Assembly: GCA_963842085.1 (NCBI GenBank)
Contig: CAWJET010000002.1
Location: 1,408,001-1,472,000 of the forward strand
Direction of reading: 5' to 3'
Length of the DNA: 64,000 nt
Source of the DNA: an uncultured delta proteobacterium
GTDB lineage: Bacteria; Desulfobacterota; Binatia; Binatales; Binataceae
Position numbers and translations under genes: made by a program. The notes under the pieces are model-generated. The model was given only the letters and a program-made list of their open reading frames with translations, did not search any database and was not told the DNA's origin. Positions 58,280 to 64,000 of the stretch are shown here, one piece after another. Each line of letters starts with the position of its first letter. The first letter of the stretch is position 1.

Positions 58280-58558
58280 ATGAGCGTCGTAACGATTCCC
58301 ACTCCCGGAATGAGCGGTGGTCCGTGCCGCGGATCCTGCAGTCATGCCAAGTGCCACACGCTGCGCGCGCTTGCGGAAGAACGATGCGGTCACTGCGGCG
58401 TCCGCTTTGGTTTCGGCGCCAAGATAACCGGCGAACCTCCGCTGCATCTGCGGTGCGCGCAGGGCATCGCCGCGCAAAGTGGCGCACCGGCTACGCATCC
58501 GATCAATGATCCTGCGGTGAGTCATCAGCTCGCGGGTCATCGCAGCGACAAGGACTAG
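58280..58558 (+). CDS. Small Cys/His-rich putative zinc-binding protein
   Basis: GPCxxxCxHxxC...CxxC...HxxC; GAGG RBS. Confidence 0.6.
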   Translation: MSVVTIPTPGMSGGPCRGSCSHAKCHTLRALAEERCGHCGVRFGFGAKITGEPPLHLRCAQGIAAQSGAPATHPINDPAVSHQLAGHRSDKD

Positions 58559-58683
58559 CGCCGCCTCCTCCACTTTTGATTTGGAGTCGCACGCCTCTTC
58601 GGCGTGAGCGGCGACCTGCGCTTGACACCTTTATCGCCCGCGCGCTACCGCTCGTTTGACAGCCAAATCGAGGTAGCTAAAAC

Positions 58684-60120
58684 GTGGACAGCGGAAAAAT
58701 TGCCCAGGTCCGAGCGCTCCGCGACCGGCTCGATCATCCGGTGATCGACGCCGATGGCCATCTGATCGAGCCTGCGCCGCTGTTTAATGAATATCTGGAA
58801 AAAGTCGGCGGAAGCGGGATGCTAGAGCGCTATAATCGTGAGCTTCACGAGCATCCGACCGGTTCACGCGGAAATCGCGACGCCGGCGACATGCGCGGCG
58901 CGTGGTGGGGCGTCTCCAACGACGCGTATAACCTCGCGACTGTGATGGCGCCCCGGCTTCTGTACAGCAGGCTGAACGAGCTCGGCGTCGATTTTTCGGT
59001 CCTGTATCCTACGCTCGGACTCGCGCTGCCGACAATTTACGAAGACGAGGTGCGGAAGATCGCATGTCGCGCGCTGAACACGATGAACGCGGAGATCTGC
59101 GGACAGTTCCGCGACCGGATCGCGCCGGCTGCCGCCATCCCGATGCACACGCCTGACGAGGCGGCGGCGGAACTCGAATATGCGGCGCGTCTCGGCTTCA
59201 AGGTCGCGATGATCCCGCCCGGCGTGGCGCGTCCGATTCCCGCGCTCGAACGCGAGCACTCGGAGGCGTTTCCGTCCGCGGCGTATTTCGACTGCTACGG
59301 GCTGGACAGCTTCTTCGACTACGATCCGGTGTGGCGCAAATTTGTCGAGCTGAAAATCGCGGTCACCTCGCACGGCGGCGTCGGTCTGCGTTATCTGCCG
59401 CTCGGACGGCGCTCGCCGACCAACTACATGTTCAACCACATCGGCGGGCATGCCTATCAGCAGGGCGAGCTGTGCCGGTCGATCGTGATGGGTGGAGTTG
59501 CGACGCGGTTCCCGCAACTGGCGTTTGGATTTCTCGAGTGCGGCGCTGGGTGGGCCTGCGACCTGCTCCATTCGCTCGAAGAGCATTGGGAGAAACGCAA
59601 CACGGCCGGGCTGGCGAATTACGATCCGTCGCGGCTTGATCGCCCGCGACTGCATCAACTGCTCGCGGAGTATGGCGGCCCGGGATTCGTGGCGAAGAAC
59701 TCGGCGCGCGCGGTGCGGGCCTACGACGAAGGACTTCCTCGCCACGATCGCACGACCGATCGCGACGAATGGGCGCTGACCGGGGTGCACGAGGAGCACG
59801 ACTTCGCGCGAATCTTCGCCAACTTCTATTTCGGTTGCGAAGCCGATGACCTCAGCGTTCATCGGGCGCTCGATTCGCGCGCCAATCCGATGCGCGCGCG
59901 GCTTCAGCCGATATTCTCCTCCGACATCGGCCACTGGGACGTGCCGGATATCTCGACCGTGCTGCTCGAGAGCCATCGGCTGGTGGACAAAGGTCTTTTG
60001 AGCGACGCGGATTATCGCGACTTCGTTTTCACGTATCCTGCGCGACTTCATTTGAAAGCCGATCCCGAATTCTTCGCCGGCACCGCCATCGCGGGTTCGG
60101 CCGCCAAGCTCGGTGCATAG
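58684..60120 (+). CDS. Amidohydrolase-family protein
   Basis: IDADGH, YPTLGL, YDPVW, FLECG, SSDIGHWDV. Confidence 0.9.
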   Translation: MDSGKIAQVRALRDRLDHPVIDADGHLIEPAPLFNEYLEKVGGSGMLERYNRELHEHPTGSRGNRDAGDMRGAWWGVSNDAYNLATVMAPRLLYSRLNELGVDFSVLYPTLGLALPTIYEDEVRKIACRALNTMNAEICGQFRDRIAPAAAIPMHTPDEAAAELEYAARLGFKVAMIPPGVARPIPALEREHSEAFPSAAYFDCYGLDSFFDYDPVWRKFVELKIAVTSHGGVGLRYLPLGRRSPTNYMFNHIGGHAYQQGELCRSIVMGGVATRFPQLAFGFLECGAGWACDLLHSLEEHWEKRNTAGLANYDPSRLDRPRLHQLLAEYGGPGFVAKNSARAVRAYDEGLPRHDRTTDRDEWALTGVHEEHDFARIFANFYFGCEADDLSVHRALDSRANPMRARLQPIFSSDIGHWDVPDISTVLLESHRLVDKGLLSDADYRDFVFTYPARLHLKADPEFFAGTAIAGSAAKLGA

Positions 60121-60136
60121 CGGGCGGTGGCGCTCG

Positions 60137-60310
60137 ATGCTTTCGATTGAACGCAAACGCGAATGGGACGAGCGGGGGTTGTTCGTCCTCCGCGGCTTCG
60201 CGCCGCTCGAGGCGTGTCGCGCGATACATCAGACCAGGGAGAAGTTCGGCCATCATAACCCCTCGCACGATTTCATGAAGGTCGAGCGCCGCCGCGCAGC
60301 CGGAGACTGA
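60137..60310 (+). pseudogene. Possible phytanoyl-CoA dioxygenase (PhyH) remnant with internal deletion
   Basis: N-terminus W.ERG.FVLRGF is PhyH-like, but the frame is only 57 aa. Confidence 0.45.
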
Positions 60311-60313
60311 ATC

Positions 60314-61858
60314 ATGAATGGAGCTGAGAGTCTGATTCGTACCGCGATCGCGGCCGGGGTCGAAGTGTGTTTTGCGAACCCGGGGACGACCGAGATGCCG
60401 CTGGTGGCGGCGCTCGATTCCGCCGACGGGCTGCGGCCGATTCTCGGATTGTTCGAGGGGGTTTGCACGGGTGCTGCCGACGGTTACGGACGGATGGCGG
60501 AGAAGCCGGCGCTGACGCTGCTTCATCTCGGGCCGGGCTTCGCCAACGGCATCGCGAATCTCCACAACGCGCGGCGCGCGCGCTCGCCGATCGTGAATTT
60601 GATCGGCGACCACGCAACATGGCACGTTGGCGCCGACGCACCGCTCACCTCCGACATCGTTTCGCTCGCGACGCCGGTTTCAGGATGGGTACGAAGCGTG
60701 CGCAATTCAGGATCGCTCGCGGGCGCGACTGCGGAGGCGATTGCGGCGGCCGGCCGCGCGCCGGGGCAGATCGCGACGTTGATTATTCCGTCGGATTGCC
60801 AGTGGGATCCCGCCGAGCGGCACGCCGCGCCGATCGAGCCGGCCGCGCCGCCGGCGGTTGCGGCCGACGCGGTCAAGCGCGCGGCCGAGTCGATGAGCAA
60901 GGGCAACAGGGTCGTGCTCTTTCTCGGCGGCACGGCGCTTCGCGCACGTGGCCTGAAGGCGGCGGCACGCATCGCCGCGAAATCGGGATGCCATCTGATG
61001 TGCGAAACCTTCCCCGCACGACTCGAACGTGGAGCGGGAATGCCGACGCTCGATCGCCTGGCCTACTTTCCTGAACAAGCGATCGAGATGCTGAAGGCGT
61101 TCGATACGATCGTCATCGCTGGCGCCAAAAGACCCGTCGCATTTTTCGGCTATCCTGATTTCCCGAGTCGTCTGATTCCTGAAGGCATCGACGTCGCGAT
61201 GCTGGCCGAGCCGACCGATGACGTTCCGGCTGCTCTGGAAGCACTCGCCAGCGAAATCGCCGCACCGGTCTCGGTCGCGGCGGCGGCGAGAATATCGCGG
61301 CCCGAACGTCCCGTCGGAAAACTCAACGCCATGACCGCAGGCGCCGCGATTGCGGCAGTGATGCCCGAAGGTGCAATCGTGATGGACGAGGCCGCAACGA
61401 CAGGCCTGCCGTTCCTGGCCGCGTCGGCGGCTGCGCCGCCACATACCTATCTTTCACTTACGGGCGGCGCGATCGGGCAGGGATTGCCGTGCGCAACCGG
61501 CGCGGCCGTCGCTTGTCCCGATCGGCGCGTGATCGCCTTTCAGGCCGATGGCAGCGCGATGTACACGCTGCAGGCGCTGTGGACGCAGGCGCGGGAATCG
61601 CTCAACGTCACGACGGTACTGTGCAACAACCACAGTTACCGGATTTTGCAGGTCGAACTTGCGCGCGCCGGCGTGACCGAACCCGGCCGCAAGGCACGCT
61701 CGCTCACCAGTCTCGCCAATCCCGACATCGAATGGACGAGTCTGGCGCGCGGGATGGGGGTGGCGAGCGTGCGCGTGGAGACGGCGGAGGCGCTCACGCG
61801 CGAACTGGAAAGATCCCTCGCAACGCCGGGTCCGATGCTGATCGAGATGGTGCTTTAA
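60314..61858 (+). CDS. TPP-dependent acetolactate synthase large subunit-like enzyme
   Basis: [37 protein letters not shown]. Confidence 0.92.
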   Translation: MNGAESLIRTAIAAGVEVCFANPGTTEMPLVAALDSADGLRPILGLFEGVCTGAADGYGRMAEKPALTLLHLGPGFANGIANLHNARRARSPIVNLIGDHATWHVGADAPLTSDIVSLATPVSGWVRSVRNSGSLAGATAEAIAAAGRAPGQIATLIIPSDCQWDPAERHAAPIEPAAPPAVAADAVKRAAESMSKGNRVVLFLGGTALRARGLKAAARIAAKSGCHLMCETFPARLERGAGMPTLDRLAYFPEQAIEMLKAFDTIVIAGAKRPVAFFGYPDFPSRLIPEGIDVAMLAEPTDDVPAALEALASEIAAPVSVAAAARISRPERPVGKLNAMTAGAAIAAVMPEGAIVMDEAATTGLPFLAASAAAPPHTYLSLTGGAIGQGLPCATGAAVACPDRRVIAFQADGSAMYTLQALWTQARESLNVTTVLCNNHSYRILQVELARAGVTEPGRKARSLTSLANPDIEWTSLARGMGVASVRVETAEALTRELERSLATPGPMLIEMVL

Positions 61859-62051
61859 TCCCGCATCTCCACGCTTCCTCCGCCGCCAGCATGAGGTTCT
61901 CCGGTTCGGAGTACCCAACGCGGGGTGGGTCAATTTTCAATTGGCGATCCTGGGTCAGTTTTGCATCGGCGGCAACAATGCTTCGGTTGAATCGACCGAA
62001 GTGCCGCAGTATGCTCTCATAAAGGGTCCAAGCACTCAGGAGGCATGGTGC

Positions 62052-62399
62052 GTGGGGTCATCCTTAGCCGTCTCGGCTCCGCTGCTTGGCATAGCGTTCG
62101 TAGCGGGAATCATCATTGGATGGATGCTCGCGAACGTGACGCGCACCACTGAGACGATTCAGCTTTCCGCCATACCACCGGGGACAGACCTGAGCACCGG
62201 CGCCCGGCGGGTCGCGAAGACAAAGGTCCGCACCATGGAGCTGAAATGCAAATGCGGCTCGGTGTTGAAGTTTCGCGATCCCGTGGAACCGGGCTACCAG
62301 CCATACCCCAGCGGCGACTCCTTTAGCTGCTCAGGCTGCGGAAAGGTTTATGACCTTAGAGAGATCCGCAAACTGGAAAAGGGTGCGCAGACTTATTGA
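62052..62399 (+). CDS. Membrane-anchored small zinc-ribbon protein
   Basis: GGAGG RBS, TM helix, CKCG...CSGCG. Confidence 0.6.
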   Translation: MGSSLAVSAPLLGIAFVAGIIIGWMLANVTRTTETIQLSAIPPGTDLSTGARRVAKTKVRTMELKCKCGSVLKFRDPVEPGYQPYPSGDSFSCSGCGKVYDLREIRKLEKGAQTY

Positions 62400-62481
62400 G
62401 CGGGAATTTCTTTTTTGGCTTCCGAACTTCAATTCCTTCCATAGATCGAAGGGCTTTCCGCGGCAAGGTTTTGGTTAAGCT

Positions 62482-63099
62482 CTACTCAAGGAGTTCGAGC
62501 GCAGCCTGCAGCTCGGCAATCGTCGCGATCATGCGAACGTGCTCGATGCGGCTGCCGACGCCGATAAAGTGCGTGCCCGCACTCGCGGCCGCCTCGCGAT
62601 CGATCCTGCTGTCGCCGACGTATACCGCGCGCGGCGCGTCGACGCCCGCGCGATCCAGACACAGGCGCAGGATGTCGGGCGCGGGCTTGGGACGAACCTT
62701 GTCGAGCGCACTCGCAACTGCATCGAACACGCCGCCAAGGCCAAGATGCTCGACCAACGCGGGCACCGTCGCCGATCGATTGGTCGCCAGCCCGAGCTTG
62801 TAGCGGCGCTTGAGCTCAAGCATGAACGGGCGCAACTCGAACGGCGGCCGCAGCATCTTGAAAAACGGCGTCTGATCCATGTTGCGCGTCACGTCATGCA
62901 TCGCGCCGAGCTTGGCCGTGTCGCCACGCGCGCGCGCCGCAAACACTTCGCTCGCGGCGAACGAAACCGCCGAGATTTCCTCGCCGCGGTCCAGCGGCGG
63001 TTCGCCGACCTTTTCGAAAATCCAATTGTAGTAGGCAACGTTCGATTCAGTGGAATCGAACAGCACTCCGTCCGCGTCGAACATTACCAATTCAATCAT
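62482..63099 (-). CDS. HAD-superfamily hydrolase
   Basis: FDADGVL, ATN, KPAP, VGDS..D. Confidence 0.92.
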   Translation of the reverse strand: MIELVMFDADGVLFDSTESNVAYYNWIFEKVGEPPLDRGEEISAVSFAASEVFAARARGDTAKLGAMHDVTRNMDQTPFFKMLRPPFELRPFMLELKRRYKLGLATNRSATVPALVEHLGLGGVFDAVASALDKVRPKPAPDILRLCLDRAGVDAPRAVYVGDSRIDREAAASAGTHFIGVGSRIEHVRMIATIAELQAALELLE

Positions 63100-63162
63100 G
63101 TTGACCGAATATTGTGCGCGGCTGACGTGCACGGCGCCAGCGGGCCAAACGCCTGAGCGATA

Positions 63163-63663
63163 TCAGCGCGGGGCGCGCTTGCGCTCGGCCCGCTCGGCTC
63201 GCCGCGCGTGCGCAGGCACTGGCCGGCGCGGAATCGCGACAACCTCGCGTGCCGTCAGATGCTCCCCGCAATGCGAGCAGACCAAATCGGGCGCCGTTTT
63301 GGCGCCGCAGACGCGATGTATCAGTGTCATCGGCGGCCCCGATTCGTCGCCGAGCCAGGTGTCGCCCCATCGCATCATTGCGATCAGCACCGGATAGAGC
63401 TCGAGCCCCTTCCTGGTGAGCCGATACTCGACGCGGCCGCTGTCGCCTTCGCTGCGTGCGCGCTCGAGGATTCCGTTGCGCACCAGGTCGCGCAGCCTCG
63501 AGCTCAGGATGTTGCGCGCGATCCCGGTCCCTTGCTGAAACTCGTCGAACCGGTGGCGTCCCAAAAAAGCCTCGCGCAGGATCAGCATGGTCCAGCGCTC
63601 GCCGACCACCGCCAGCGTTCGCGCCACCGAGCAGTTCATATCCTTGACCGAATCCCATCGCAT
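63163..63663 (-). CDS. HxlR-family winged-helix regulator
   Basis: CSVARTL.VVGERWT.LILRE, RFDEF, EYRLT.KG. Confidence 0.93.
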   Translation of the reverse strand: MRWDSVKDMNCSVARTLAVVGERWTMLILREAFLGRHRFDEFQQGTGIARNILSSRLRDLVRNGILERARSEGDSGRVEYRLTRKGLELYPVLIAMMRWGDTWLGDESGPPMTLIHRVCGAKTAPDLVCSHCGEHLTAREVVAIPRRPVPAHARRAERAERKRAPR

Positions 63664-63741
63664 GGGCGTCCGTTACTCTCCTCCCCGAAATGAATTTCAG
63701 GCGCCGCGGCGTTCCCCAACTCCGCGACTATGCGAAATATC

Positions 63742-63792
63742 GTTGCACTTTGAAACTTGCTTTGCTATCAGGTTTAGTTGCAAATTGAAACT
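63742..63792. promoter_or_regulatory. Two imperfect palindromes, probable HxlR operators
   Basis: GTTGCA-N3-TGAAACT at 63742-63757 and 63777-63792. Confidence 0.6.
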
Positions 63793-63841
63793 GCCAACAC
63801 TTGTGAGCTCACGGATCGGCATTCCTGCAAAAGGAGAAACG

Positions 63842-64000
63842 ATGGCCAAACAAATCGAGTTCTTTTACGATTACCTGAGCCCGTTCAGCTATCTTGCCGA
63901 CACGCAGCTGCCCGCGATTGCGCGGCGCGCCAGTGCTGAGATCGTCTATCGGCCGATCTTGCTTGGCGCGATTATGAAGGCCACCGGCAACTCGGGTCCA
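63842..64000 (+). CDS. 2-hydroxychromene-2-carboxylate isomerase/DsbA-family protein (partial, runs off the window)
   Basis: AAGGAG RBS; MAKQIEFFYDYLSPFSYLA...YRPILLG..KATGN. Confidence 0.88.
   Translation, partial: MAKQIEFFYDYLSPFSYLADTQLPAIARRASAEIVYRPILLGAIMKATGNSGP

Overview
GC-rich bacterial window whose gene families resemble Candidatus Binatota or deltaproteobacteria-like soil organisms (inference, not verified). Two housekeeping and metabolic arms flank a ~27 kb mosaic island with no integrase. The left arm (1-23835) carries an HtrA-like protease, a diiron protein, a TPP enzyme, a radical SAM protein, ptsP, a cyclophilin, an LLM, GH29, HDAC, tatB, tatC and GH15. The right arm (50575-64000) carries an ArsA pair, an LLM, MlaD, an APH kinase, an amidohydrolase, a TPP enzyme, HAD and HxlR. 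The island (~23836-50500) begins at the CTAG overlapping the GH15 stop codon. It holds intact IS5 and IS630 elements, and 103-bp IS630-derived MITEs stacked at CTAG sites. It also holds two sigma54-preceded orphan Tad pseudopilin cassettes, an NHL-repeat surface protein bracketed by 29-bp inverted repeats, three unexplained 45-bp hairpin repeats and many gene fragments. The most system-like part is a compact phage- or satellite-like recombination and replication module: a small Zn-ribbon gene missed by the ORF track, divergent from ERF, YqaJ, a Rep-N/HNH fusion, an SF3-like helicase split by a 158-bp IS3-type MITE, and an iteron-like inverted repeat. No rRNA, tRNA, CRISPR array or reverse transcriptase was recognised. 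All calls come from reading motifs by eye; no searches were run.
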